64,000 nt of DNA, taken from contig JAQFVV010000006.1 in assembly GCA_028023455.1 (NCBI GenBank), positions 18,724,001 to 18,788,000 of the forward strand. Direction: 5' to 3'. This stretch comes from Epiperipatus broadwayi. Taxonomy: Eukaryota; Animalia; Onychophora. The position numbers were made by a program, and so were the translations under genes. Below the pieces are notes generated by a model. It was not told the origin of the DNA. It did not search any database and saw only the letters and a program-made list of their open reading frames with translations. How positions within the stretch are numbered: the stretch's first letter is position 1; the number at the start of each line of letters is the position of its first letter. Positions 27,177 to 41,255 of the stretch are shown piece by piece.

Positions 27177-29847
27177 TTATATATAAAAAAATTATCTCGA
27201 TTATTTTTAAGTTTTGAATATTGGCACATTTATTGAAAATGTAAAATTATATTATATTTTAAATTGACTGTACACTTATAGTCGATATATATCAGTAGAT
27301 ATTTTTATTACAAGTTAAAATTATTATTATTACATAATAATACATATACATTAAGAGTTTAATGTTCTAATATTTTGCGATAATATTTCCACACTTAATT
27401 CTAAAGCTTCGACAATTCAATTTATTTCCTTACTGTAGCTAGTGCTTTCGAAGGAATGGGGCCTTCATTTTCAAAGCTATAGACAATTCTGATGCTAATT
27501 GTTTAATGTAAAAGATGGAAAAATAATGTAAATCAGGTTTGCCATTTCTTTGACATGGCGTAAAATGTATCTATTTTTGTTTATTGAGTTAGTGTCTGAA
27601 TTAATAAAGTAGGTCTCTGATTTTTCTTCTCACTTCATGTCGCTCCCTGCACACCACACAAGGGTTATCTGGGATGCATGGGTGGCCTCTTGTAGCTTTG
27701 TACTGTGTGAAAGTGGAAGTGTGGGCGGGGTCTGCAAGAGTTTTAAATAGTTTTTAAAATGTTGTTAAATTAAAAGAAAAAATGTTAAACTGCCCTCTTG
27801 TGATCATTATTTAAACCAAATGAACATTCTAAGGATAATTATTAACTGCAAAATGTGAAATTATTCCATATCTATCAAACTACTTATCATACTGAAAAGA
27901 TGTGTGTTTTAAATGGATTAAAGTGTTATAACTTAGTTATATATCAATTTTCAAGCAATTCTATTGAATTTAAATATATTAAACCTTGATTTTAAAATTT
28001 CATTCTAACTTGAAAAAGATCAAAAGTTAACAAATAAACAGATTTTCCAAAATCAATTAAAGCATTTAATTAAAATAAAATGTCTAACTGTATATTAATT
28101 AAAAACAAGAAAATAATATATTTAACAAGAAAAAAATATTTACCAAAAAAATATAAATTATTTAATGAAAAAATATATTGATAAATATAATTTATGCAGA
28201 AATGTAAATCCACAATAAATAAAATTGCAAAAATAAACCATCATTGGCAAATCTATCAAATAAAAAACAAATCCAAAATGCAATCCTTGGAGATGGGTAA
28301 TCCATAACAAATTAGATGCAAGCTAAAAATTAATTTGGTAATAGTGAAAAATGTATAGATCATAAAAATGCTCCCCAGAAGCCAAATCATACATTTTTTT
28401 AAATTGATGTCAGCGATAGGTTTCATACAACTTCATTATACTGCACCAACCATTTTTTTAAACCACTCTTTGATAAAATAATAACTTTCAGCAAGTATAT
28501 TTAATAAATATTATTCTCAATATTTTTACAATGTATCTGTTATCAGCCGTATTTTAGTACATTTGTAATTTTAGGAAGTGAAATTGTCACTTACATTTAA
28601 ATATTTTTTAGATGTGTATAAATAGAGATTTATTTTTTTTAGAAAAAAAAGATGTGTATATATATATACTGTTGTACTGGTCAGAATTGTATGTTCGTCT
28701 AACAAGAGCTAGCATCTAGGCAAAAGTACCTCGAATCCAATCATGTGCAAGATACAGAAGTCAGGAACAATCATGAATTCTGCCCTCTTGCTTATTTTCC
28801 AGATCTATAACATTACGAACAACATTTTTGATGATAACAAATGAAATTTTATTTATTCCTGTCCCGGAGCAACAGCAGAGAAACGAGATCTACAGGGGAT
28901 TACAAACTACTAGGCTTTGAATCCCAGCCCCCAACAGAATGAAATAGCTTAAGATTATAATTAGGCTTTTCATAAAATTCATCAATAAATCTAGAAATTG
29001 GCCTAAGGTCAGTGGAAATCACTATATATAATGTAATCCCATTAATGATGTGTATGCATAAATCATGAGGCAAAGCAGACTTAAGTAATAATTATATAGT
29101 TAATAATTTATTAATATTAATTATAAAAATGAATAAACAAATATTTAATTTAACAAACAGTTGTGAATCTATTTATATATGACACAACTAGAATTTATGG
29201 GTTTCACGTGATTATGAATGTTGATTTGCGTATTGAAGGAACTACATAATAATAGCACATAAGTTAATAATTAAATCTGCAATTAAATAAGATAATTAAA
29301 AAATGTATAGATAGTCAAAAGATGCGGCTTAATATGCTAACAGTGGATACCAATTTTACTATATTATGACTTGGATGCTATGATTATTTTTATGAAAAAT
29401 AAATGACCTTAAAAATAGATAAATAGGATATAAGTTACATCAATTTATTATGGTTCATTTGAACCGCATATGAAAATATTTTATAATTTACATTATTCAC
29501 TTCACAAGTCATTAGAACTTAAAATATTCACACAGAAAAGTTATTTATATTTTATTCTATTCTTTTCTGACTGGAAAAGATTTATTTAGCATTATTTGTT
29601 AGCGCACTCAACATTGTCTCAATGAGAGGGCGGGTAGCTTAAATAAGCTTTAAAATGACATTCACTATCTTATAATAATAAATGAAAATATGAGATGGAT
29701 TTAGAGCTCATGGCATTACGTCTTACAGATTTAAAATGGGCAAGTATAAAAATATTAAACAAGAATCGCAGTGCTGACTAAAATAATAATGCTAGAAAAG
29801 ATCGAATCCATTTTAGGACGAACGCTTCATCAATAATATAAGAACAT

Positions 29848-29971
29848 GAAATGTTCCTGTACATGTGACAGGTCAGCATTTGAAGAGGTGGTCTCGTAGG
29901 AATTGCATGGAAATGTTCCTGTACATGTGACAGGTCAGCATTTGAAGAGGTGGCCTCATAGGAATTGCATG
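29848..29971. repeat. 62-bp tandem duplication
   Basis: gaaatgttcctgtacatgtgacaggtcagcatttgaagaggtgg..tc.taggaattgcatg x2 with 2 mismatches. Confidence 0.95.
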
Positions 29972-32900
29972 GTCTGGCTTACTTCCAGTGTTAACCCATG
30001 TAGAGCCTAAACGATAACTTGACAATATCCTGGAGCCGGTGCTTCCAAGCCCCATTCATGGATATGCCATTAAGTAAAAGAATCCTGTTTCTCCGGGTTT
30101 TAAGTTTGACAAAGCAAAGCGAGGAAATTTCGTAACGTTATGTAAGCCAAGCAATGCTAATAATAAAAAAGAAATCAGGTTCTTAATGACGCTGATATGT
30201 GGATTAAGGCCCTCATAATTTAATAGAATCTAGCATAATGATATGAAATAATTTGATCCCTCTCAAAAGGTGCACAAATGACTCTTAATATTAGTTAGGA
30301 TGTCACAAATAAAAGAGGGAATATTGTTCCCTTCATTAAACAAATATTAATACGCTAACTAGTAATTAATTTCATAAATAATTACCATGCTAGATGGCGT
30401 GATGGGCAAATGATTGACCATATAATAAAAAAAACAGCAAAGGTAATGTGATTAAGTTTTCTTTAAAATATAATTTGAAAATAAAATCAATAGCGTAAAC
30501 ATGGTAATAAAGTGACATATTAAATGTAGCAGCGAATAATCTGCCACTAAGCAAATAGAATAACTTAAAAATATTATTTAATTGAGCGAACTTTTAGTTC
30601 GGTAAGAAAGCTTACATTTACGATTTAATATCCCATAATATCTAGGATATCTAATATAAGAAAATCTAGGATTAGTTTGCTCGATTAAACTATTAGCATA
30701 TTAAATTAAATCATACGAAACTTATAATATTAAGAATAAAAGTTTGCCGCATTTAAAATATTAAAAATAGAAATTGTGAAACCCATTAAAGAAATGCATT
30801 ACAAAAAATAAAGTGTTAGATTCGTGCATTAGATTTTTATAACAGTTAGAGAAAGTCATTACGTTATAGAATGGTTACAATTAGCATTACAACATCATTT
30901 TTAAATAAAAGTTATATTAAAAATAATTTAGATTTTAAAATGAAAGTTTTGAAAGAGTTCATATTAGTGGCATGATTAGGATTTACCTTCCATTTCCTGA
31001 TGTCTTGACGTACATACGGATTGGAAAGTGTAAAATTATAATTGATGAAATCACGGTTAGCAAGGCAAAGTTTTGAAAAATAATGGCTGGCATCTTGAGA
31101 TAGTTATTACAGCATTTAAATTAGGCAGTCCATAAGTGGAGATGGCAGGTTAGCATAGCAGTATGGAAACGATTTTTTGAGAAGAAAAGGGGAAGCAAAT
31201 TTAGTCCCTCTACTCCTGATTCATATTTCAAAATTTAAATTGACATGGGTCTGATCTGCAATCCTTGGTAAAATGGCGCACTAAGAGACAGCCTAAAATT
31301 TCGGCTCTATTTATATTAGTAAGACCTCGAATATTCTGTTTCTGCTTGTTAAGGCCCGGTTGTTCATTAAGTGGCCTGAATGCACCTATTGTTTATCTTC
31401 AATGATAATGCAACAAGTTCTAGAAAGTATTGTTTTAATCTATTTCAAGAATGGAAATAGATTCAAAAGATATAATTTTCATTAACATTTTGTTTGCTAA
31501 GGGATTTTAATTTCTTAATTACCCTTTTTAAATTAAATCTAGAATATTCTTCTATTTATACGTTTCAGAGTTATTTTAATTACTCTCTAGAACTTTCTTT
31601 GGTATTGCATCATAAAATAAAATACGTGAATTGTAAAATAAATATACATAATATTTTATAACAAAAAATATATTTGTATCAATAATGTATTTTTGCAAAT
31701 CTTGAACACACATACATGATTACTTAAAGGGAATGGAAATTTAAATATTTCTGACAAAATTATTAAATATTCTTGTATAATAAAAATGTTTAACTTATGA
31801 AAGTACAAAAATAAAGGAGGGTTTTAAAACTTGTATGCGGGTCCTTTTACTCTCTAGTGATTTAACACATGTATAGTTGGGTTTAAACCTGATTCAAGGT
31901 TTTGAATCACCAGACAGTGAAGCAAAAATATGTGTAATATACTTTCTGCTTCAATACCCAATATATTTTGATTAAGATACTTAGCTTTCTCACATTCTTT
32001 TATATTATATTCATGCACCTTATTATGTATGCATATTTGTGTAAAATAATTTTAAAAAATATGATAGGCAAATCAGTTTTTAAATATTCCATTGTATGGC
32101 AAAGATACCTCCGACAGCTCTTTTTAGGAGTTCAGTGAAAAAAAAGGCATTACTCATCAGGCTCACTAATTATTTTTTCAGTTTTATTTTACTCCCTAAT
32201 TAAGAATAGCTACATATCTAGTTGCCTATTAATATTAGATGATTATCTGTGGTGGGTATGGGCTGGCTACCTGAAAGAAAAATCATAAATCTTATTGAAA
32301 CCTAAAACAGGAATGAAACATTATGAACTGCCCAATTCTGCTTTCACTTTTAACTTTTTGTTAAATTGTCAGAATTTATACAGTTGGGCAGAATTCATTT
32401 AACATAATTTCATCATCAGCTTTGCATGATTTAGAGCTGTGCTAGACTAGAGTTGTGGACCATTGCTCAAATTGTATCACTTCTTGTTTTTAAACTTCAT
32501 GTTTTCGGAAGAGTCTTGTGATTTTTTGTTTTTTTTTACTTCAAATAAATTTTTAATTGTAATAATCTTGCAATCTTTGGACTTAACTTTTACTTCCAAA
32601 TAATTTTTTTATGGCTCTTTGGCATATTCTTAGGTCATATTACTATGTTTGCAAATTTTTTAATAGAAGAATGTCATTGAACCAAGTGGGATAAAATCGC
32701 TATGATTATCTAATTTAAAATATTGATCTTAACTCTGGCTGCACTTTCACTATTGCAATAGACTGGCCTTTCAAGCAGAGCAGTATAATACCACAGGTAG
32801 ATGACACAACAACAGTACCTATAATCAGACTGTGGCCATACAAAGTATAATCTGCAGCCGCATTTTAAGGCTATAAAACTCCTCGGCTTCTAAATTCAAA

Positions 32901-35217
32901 CCCCTACCATCCAAAGCATTTTTATTTGTTTTGAGGTAATATCTCAGGCACCAGCTAATCATAAGTTAAACAATCAGCATGCCTAGATGACAGGTATACA
33001 ATGTAGCACTTGATATATCCCAAGCTAGCTCAATTGTGGGAAAGGAAAAACTTTAATACATTTATAATTAACTGTAACTTAATTTATTCATGAAGCAGTT
33101 ATAAGAGAGAGAACCTATCAGGCAATAATTAAACAAACAAATAATTTATTCAGACATATTCATAGTTAAACATATTATAACACAATTCAAATAAAAGCCA
33201 CACATGTTTAAAATACAATATACCAACTTATGGAAGCAATATTAAAATTTATATATACTCATAATTAAAACACATTATAATGAGATATATTCATGCAAGA
33301 ATATGATAAAATTTTAAGGAAGCAACATTAAAGATTACTATTGCTGTAATACCAAAGTTCATTAGAGTCTTTTATTCAAATAAATGTTCAAATCTTTAGA
33401 TTGGGATAATAAAGAATTTATTTACTAGGATTTTTGCATATAACACATTGCATTTTTCATGGATACAATTCATTGCTTTCTCCTGCTTTGTTGATTACCA
33501 ACCAATTTGTCTTTCCTTTTGCATCGACGGTTTGGCTTCTTGCTGATTTTCCACATTTCAATGAAAGAGAGAGATTTTCCATAGTTTTCAGATCATGAGA
33601 TGAACATGACTTCTAGATAGAGAATATTTGATGTTATGAAGGACTGAGATTGAAGGCTAGTCGCATACTTCAGTTACTGTCTAGTCCTGCATACTGCTAA
33701 ACTGCTGGCTTTTCACCATTCTCTCTACTTTAAAAGTTTTTTGTAATACAGCAATGCTGAATGATAATGAAAATAATAATACAGTATAGTAATCGTGGAA
33801 TGAATCTCTCGGTCCTTTTATACACTTCTCCCTTATTGTTTTCTAGTTATCATTCTATGATCTGGTTTATTTAATTGATATTTCCTAATTAATTTTCCAT
33901 TATATTTTAATTAAATTCTTGCTTAGATTAATCTAATGTTTTAATAAGATACAGTCTTGAACCTTTTTCTTTGTCTCTTTAATTGATGCAACACTTTATT
34001 TTTGCAAGTTTGCATTTAAAACATTTTATATTTCGCTTTTATTAAGACTTAATTATTTCTTTTTAAATTTAATTTGATCATTTAATAATAAATGATTCCA
34101 CATGCAATACAGTGTATGTGTGTTCTCAAATCACACATTTGTTAGCAATACAATATATTTTTTAAATCTCCGTTTTCCATCATTTAAGTTTGAATTTATA
34201 AATAAATCTCTTTTTTTTTCTTTCTTATGGTTAATAATAAATCTCCCTTCACAAGGAGCTGCTTGTGTTTACTCTTTCCTGAACATGTATTAATTATACC
34301 TCAAAACTTCCATAGGAATATATTCTGATATCACTTATTTTATTATAGGCTATAACTCTCATTCATGAAAAACATTTTTCTCAGACTGCTTTATTCACAT
34401 GAATTCAAAGTGTTTGCTCTAATTAGGATTAGGATTTCTCTTTCAGATTATTGACCTATAATCATTCTAATAAAACATTGAATATATGGGTATCTAGTTA
34501 TTGTTAATTAGAAGGTAAACCCTCAGCATCCAACAATTCTATCTCATTCACTTCTCTTCTGTATGGAGTTGATGGGAAGCTGCTCTTATTTATGTAATTA
34601 AATAGTTAATATTATCCAATATTTATGGATTTAACATTATTTATTTCATGCTCAACACTTTCAATAGCTAAGTTCTAAGATAAAAATAATTTTACTTTGA
34701 TCATATAAAAAGAACTCTTATGCTCACCTTATATTGGACCTTAAACGTATTTGTGTTTTCCCAGAAACTAAATAATTATTTTCAACTATTTGTTTTTAAT
34801 CAAAAATCTGTTTCCATTACATATATAATAGTTTATTCATATCTAATCCATTTGATTTCAAGACTTCTCATAGATATCTGAATTCATTAATAAAAGCAAA
34901 CTCTATATAATATGTTCAACACACGTATAAACATACTAATGAGACGATGTAATTTTTAAAATGTGTGCTTTTAGATATCAAATAAAATAGAATAATTTGA
35001 TTATGAAAAGATAGTACAATAATAAATAGAGAGATCAAGATAGAGCAATCACATAATTGAGTGCCCAGGATTAAGGAAATGACTGTCTGAGAGATGGTGA
35101 AAGTGGGCGTGCATGGGAAATTTATAAATTTCTACCTTTTTTTTATTATTCTTTTAAAATTGTGGCTAACTAAAACTGCAGATTGTGAGTTTCTGAATAT
35201 TAGGGACTGATATATGT

Positions 35218-35508
35218 TATTAAAACAGGCAAAACTCTCCATACAGTAGTACCACCCTGTGCCAAACAGAGTAATCAATGGATACCAGAAGGCTAATGCG
35301 TAAAATCCCCATTTAGTGCCTGCTCATCCAGTAACCCCAGACTAGTTTCTGGCTTGTCGCCTTGGTCAGTGAGAAGCTTTGGATCTGAGAGCACTGGCTT
35401 CTGGCATCCATTAATTACTTTGGCTTGCACTGAGTGGCAGTACTGTATGGAGAGTTTTGCCTGTTTTGATAACAGTTATGAGGAAGCATAAGAAATGGGG
35501 ATCATGTT
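35218..35508. mobile_element. Hammerhead-containing repeat, copy E (same architecture as D, opposite orientation)
   Basis: 12-bp TSD actgatatatgt / actaatatatgt. Ribozyme on the minus strand at 35335-35376 with core CTGACCA. Confidence 0.85.
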
Positions 35509-35906
35509 ACTAATATATGTGTATGTTGAAAAAAAAATTATATTACATATAAAAATGTGTGTGCGCATAAATATAGTTTTATATCTAATTATTTTAGACT
35601 GAAAAATAATAAATAATGGGTAATAGATGCAGGAAGTTCATAAATGGTTTTCTATATTGATACATTGACAAGTAATCTTTTTAAAAGCTAATTAATTAGA
35701 AAATTATTTATATAGATGTATTATGAGATTGATTTGTATGTAATTATATAAACTGTATTAAATTATTGTTACTTTTTATTTATATTTTATTTTAGTTTCT
35801 ATTATAATAAGACAAGTAATTATTTAATTTTTAGCTCATCATTTTCAGGATATGTTTTTTTTTAATTTTCTTTGTTATAATTTGTTTCATTTTTTTCTTT
35901 GATCAG

Positions 35907-36021
35907 ATTAAACATGCAAGCCTCCAGCAGAAATGTGACAGGATGGAGATGGAGGTGATGGAAACTCGTATGCTTCGAGTCACTGACATTGATGGAGATT
36001 TAGATGAAGATGAGCTTGATG
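35907..36021 (+). CDS. MYO18A: Myosin-XVIII coiled-coil exon (IKHASLQQKCDRMEMEVMETRMLRVTDIDGDLDEDELD)
   Basis: Polypyrimidine tract + cag| acceptor, 115 nt phase 0-1, |gtaag donor. In frame with the previous exon; matches recalled human [36 protein letters not shown]. Confidence 0.93.
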
Positions 36022-39000
36022 GTAAGATTAATTAATCATACTCATATCCTGTTTTATATCCATATTAGCAGACTAATAATTATTCTTTTATTTAATTATC
36101 AAAATAAATTCTAAATCAGCATGCAGTAATATATGTAAAAACTATAAGCAGAATTTTAAAATCAACTCTAATAATCATATAAATTACTATTTCATACAGA
36201 AAAGAAAAATAGCTAGCTCTCTACTTCAGCCCTGTCTATAGTAAGTTTCAGTAGTCAAGGATATTCAGATATTTAAATTCCTATCCTCAGATCGATTTTT
36301 TATTAATAATGTCAGAAATCAGGAAATGATCTGCAGATGGAGATTTAAATGCACTATCATTTGATAATCATCGATTACTCAGGATTCTTTAGATGAGATT
36401 AGAATAGAATAGAACTTTTATTATATATTATATTTAAAGAATTAAGTGATTTGTTGTTAACTATTTTTATTTATAATATAACATTTTTCACCATTAACTC
36501 TGTGATAGTGATTTATTAGCATATTAAAATTCTGCACAAATGCCAGTAATCCACTCCTCTGTAATCATCTAAGTATGTGTAATTAATGTATGGATGCTAG
36601 CACTCAGTTTCTAGTCTGGTCTTGATCAACCAGTAATTAACTTAACTTTCATATCTGTCAGGTTAATAGCTTGAAAATATTAATACTGTAAGATTTTGCA
36701 TTCAAACCAAATGTTTTATAAAGTTATAAGTCTGATAGTAAGTCAGACACTCTATATTTTTAATGACCAGTTATACACTAATTGTAAATACTTTTGGTCT
36801 TTGATTAAAAACATTAGAAGAGTCTCCCAGCTTACATATGTAACCTTTGCACTGACAACAGAACTCCTTTCTATATCTTACTCTAAGGCATGAGTGTTGG
36901 ATTAAAAGACAGTTGATCTAAAATGATTTCTCCTTAAAAAGTCAGAAGTTTCTGTATCTATGCAGAAAACCTGATAGTCAGGTTAAATAATTTTCTCTAT
37001 TCCAAACCCATCTACTTATTAATCTTTATTGCCCAATTATTTTTCCATCCTTAGCTCATTTTGTTCTTTTAAACTTATACCAATAAAAGCTGTTTCATCA
37101 GTTCTACTATTTTAAACTCTTATGCCCATATTTCATTACAAAATAAAAAATTATAAATTTAACCTGAGCCTTTATACTCCAAAGACAAATATTCATATCT
37201 TGCATTGGAAAAGGAATGTTAAATCTTATATTCAATTGGTTATCTATTCTATTTTAGTATTCTTCTTTGTTTTTATATTATTTGGAAAGTCCTAGATTAA
37301 GAATCCTCACTTATACTCAGCAATCAGAACTCCTAAAAAATCTTAAATTTATAAATATGCTGTAACAGGTTTGTTTTTTTAATTGTTTTGTTTTAAAGAC
37401 ATCTAATCTAAGGAATCTTTAAAAAAATCTAAATTGGCAAATTTAGGATTTAATATACATGTTTGCAATGTAACAAATACAGTAGATGCTTGTAGAAAAC
37501 AAACATCAAATTTCATACCAATGGCATTTGGAGTAAAACTATTTTAATGCAATTATCACATTAACCTATGGAGTTTATTGATGTATGATATCTCTAACAA
37601 TCTGTATTCATAAATTCTTATGTACCTAACTATAATATAATCCAATAGCTATTATTGTTTTGAGATGGAGTAGTCTAGTTTCTTCATAGCAATTTTTCTG
37701 TCTGCTTATTCTCTTCAGTCTCAACAATTATCAGATCTTATTTTTATACCCTTTGTGGCCTCATTCTCATCATTCTGAGATATACAAATTATGTAAGCAG
37801 CTTTTTGTAACATAATCTGCTACTTCTCTGTTCATTATGACTTTTCTTCAAATTTACTTCATTTCTCATTTTATCTCATCTGGTTATGTACATATTCATT
37901 AAAAACTATATGATTGTGATCAGTAATTTTCTCTACCTTTTTTTATTCACATCTTGCATTTCTGCTTCACAATATTATAGTTTGCACAAGATAGAATATT
38001 TGGTCTACAATGATTTAAGCAGGGAACTAGTACTCATTCACAATAAATTAATCACCACAATATTTACTAATTAATCTCATTTGAACTATTTTAAAGTGGC
38101 AGAATAACAGAAATTATTATTCTATCACTTTAGGAATGTAGAATATAACATAGAGATCAAATAATATGCTGATGTATAAAATAGAAGTGGCCATAAAGGA
38201 AATGAATGAAATGGATTGCAGGAATTCTCCCATTATTACAAATGTTTAACTAATGACAGCAGATTTAAATCAAATGTATGAGTTTAATGATATAAGAAGC
38301 AATAAGGAAATGCCTTGATGAAATGGTAAAAATTTTTATATAATGTAGGCTTTTGCATATATTATTTTAATAAGATTGGTAGATAAATTTGAACACATTT
38401 TCATTAAAATGCTTGAAATTTTTAAGAAATAGATAGGAATTTATTTTAGAAAGACATTTTAACAATAGATGGTTGTAAAAAAGAGAAAGTTGTAAGGAAT
38501 AATAATGGAGAAAAACTGGTTGGTTGTTTTACATTGATACATGCTCTTTTTTTTCTCAAAGATAAATATATTATATAAAGATGCTAACGGAATAAAATTG
38601 ACTAGTTGATAATACAATTGCAGTCCAATAGACAGACGCAGATGGTGATAATGAAAATTACTTGGTAAGATATATATTTCATAATGGAGAAGTTTTTTGG
38701 GTGGCAGTGAATTTTATTATATTAATATATTTGAACAATCTACAAAAAATCCAAAATATTTATGCTAAGATGAAACTGTCAGTCAATATGGAAAGAGTAT
38801 TAACTAAGATGGGAAATCTTGGAAAAGAAAGATAATCATAATAAAGAAATGTAATAAAGAAGTAATTACTGTTAATTATATATTTCTGCACATCAGTGGC
38901 CAGTCTCTGCATAGCAAATAATCAATAGTAATTTATCTAGACCATTAAGTAATGGATATATGAATGATATAATAAGAGATTTATCAAGTTTTAATATTTT

Positions 39001-39929
39001 ACCCATAACAAAATTCTGATAATTAATTTCACACATATGTATATAATAATTTTAAATTAGAATAATAGCAAAAAATGAACAGTAAAACTGATAGAAGAAG
39101 TACTTTAAATTATGTTGCAATTATTATTAATTGAACTTATATAGAGAAAAATCAGATGTTGCTGATTTCCAGGAACTGGTATTATCTGACTTATCAATTT
39201 ATAAATATATATCATCATGCATTACTAAAATGATATACTTACAGAAGAAATGCTTAAAGCTGACAGAAAAAATAATGCAGATCTTTTTGAACTATTTTAT
39301 TTATCCTAGTTTGTTTTTGAAACTTTATAGTGGCTAGACTCAGTAAGATCAATTCTCTTTGTGAGATTCTTGATCCCTGGCTTCTCGAGAACTTGAGGTT
39401 CTCATCTTAGTCAAGCGGTTATCTTTCTGGGTCTTTTACTTAATCTTGTGTATTAATAGCCATTCTATGCTCTGCAGGTCATGACATTGTATTAGAGTGC
39501 ATATTGATATTGAACAATAAATATACCAAACTTCAATCATAATAATTAATCATAGATTACTCTTTATCCATAATCTTTTTTTATAGAATACAAAACAAAT
39601 TACTTCTTATTAATTAGATATTTGCTTTTTTTTATTTTTAAAAATAATAAGCAGTTTTTCTTTTTATATTAATCAACTTTCTAATCAATTTCTTTATTAA
39701 ATTATGTATTTCTTTTAAATTAACTAATACTATGAGTTTATTGCTATCATCCTTGATCAGCAATATTTTTATGGATGAACTTGAAACCACAACACAAGAT
39801 AAATGCTAGTTCATTCTCACTTAAAATCTGACGTGTTAGGTCAAAGATATATTTGATATATGGCCACTTTGGACACATCAATATAACATATCACATATCT
39901 TTTTCAATAAAGAATAAAAATTGGCATTC

Positions 39930-40780
39930 TTAGTTGTACTTGAGATAGGATTTTCTTATGAGAAAATTAAAATCATTGTTTCTAAAAATAAAAAAAAACT
40001 CATACATTCAGGAAAATACTTAGCATACACATCCAATCATGACAGAAGTGTAATGTGAAATTACACAATCAATAAGGAATAGAGTAAAAGAAATTTGTTT
40101 TGAAGCCTGTAATTTGGTTAAAGAAAAATCCTATATTATAACAAACTCTCATGAAGAATGTTTAATCATCAGCTCTGGATTAAGAAAATCTTAATTATAT
40201 AACAAAAGGAAATGAATTATAGGAAAATGGTATAATAACAGAATATATTTTGAAAACCACACAGTTGCAAAGTATCTTAAACTCTACAAAAATTAAAATT
40301 TAAAATGCTGAAAAACAGAAATTATATCTGTAAAATATCATGTGAATGTGGAAGAATGTATACAGATGAAACCAGCTGTCCATGATTAAATGTGAACAAA
40401 GTAAGAATTAAAGAGCAAAAAACAGATGTATATAAAATAGCAGATCATGCTTATACCAATGAACATATGTTCACCAAAAATGTTGGACAAAAAGAAAGAA
40501 CTGCTGCTCACATGATAATGGCAATAAGTCAATCTAATTTGATATTCCTTAATGTTTGGAAATCATTTAATAATATTTCACTTAAGAAAAAATGGAGAAG
40601 ATAAATATATAAAATTTTTATCGATTGTCATCTTTGGCAGAATAAATAAGTTGGGTAGAATGTTATTTTAAATTCAATGTCCATAAATCTGAAAGTGATT
40701 CCCATGCTAGTATTGGCATAAGTTAAACCAGTATCATATGAAGAAGAGCGGACAATAACACTTGAAATATTGTTAAGTTA
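39930..40780 (+). mobile_element. Penelope-like element 3' remnant (RT thumb + GIY-YIG)
   Basis: HSGKYLAYTSNHDRSV (cf. HTxxYLxYxSNHP); ICKISCECGRMYTDETS..KVRIKEQK..IADHAYTNEH. Confidence 0.7.
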
Positions 40781-41255
40781 AATTTTTCTAAAAACATATA
40801 TAAATTAAAACTATATGATGGAATTAGTCCAACATTTAATTATAAACACACTTAGGTTTAGACATATAATTTAAAAAAAGAAACATGGAAATAATATATC
40901 AATAAAGTCAGATATGATTACAAGAAATGCTGATGTTTGAAGGAAACCCAAATCAATACAATCCTGATTACATATACTGTTAATGAGATATTCCTAAAAA
41001 AAAAATAACATAACATAGTACCTACCATATTTTAAAACTTTCCAAGTATGTCATCTGGATGTGCAGCTTTGCTATTTAATAGAATTGTGATGTTGTTTTT
41101 CAGATCTATAAGTTACTTTCAATGTGACCAAAAAAAAAAAAAAAAGATCCAAAGCTTCCACTATTGCAGTTTTAATCCACCTTTAAATTTTTAAATTTTC
41201 TTATCAGTCATTAAACTTTTGCCTTTAAATCTCTCTATTGGTTATAACTCACATT

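Noticed and set aside
29848-29971. Tandem repeats (also 22177-22250) as CRISPR-like arrays
   Set aside because: Two adjacent copies with no spacers in a eukaryotic intron: simple duplications.
33457-33612. 52-codon minus-strand open frame after an acceptor-like site (KSCSSHDLKTMENLSL...)
   Set aside because: The length is compatible with chance; no homology recognised and no linked exons.
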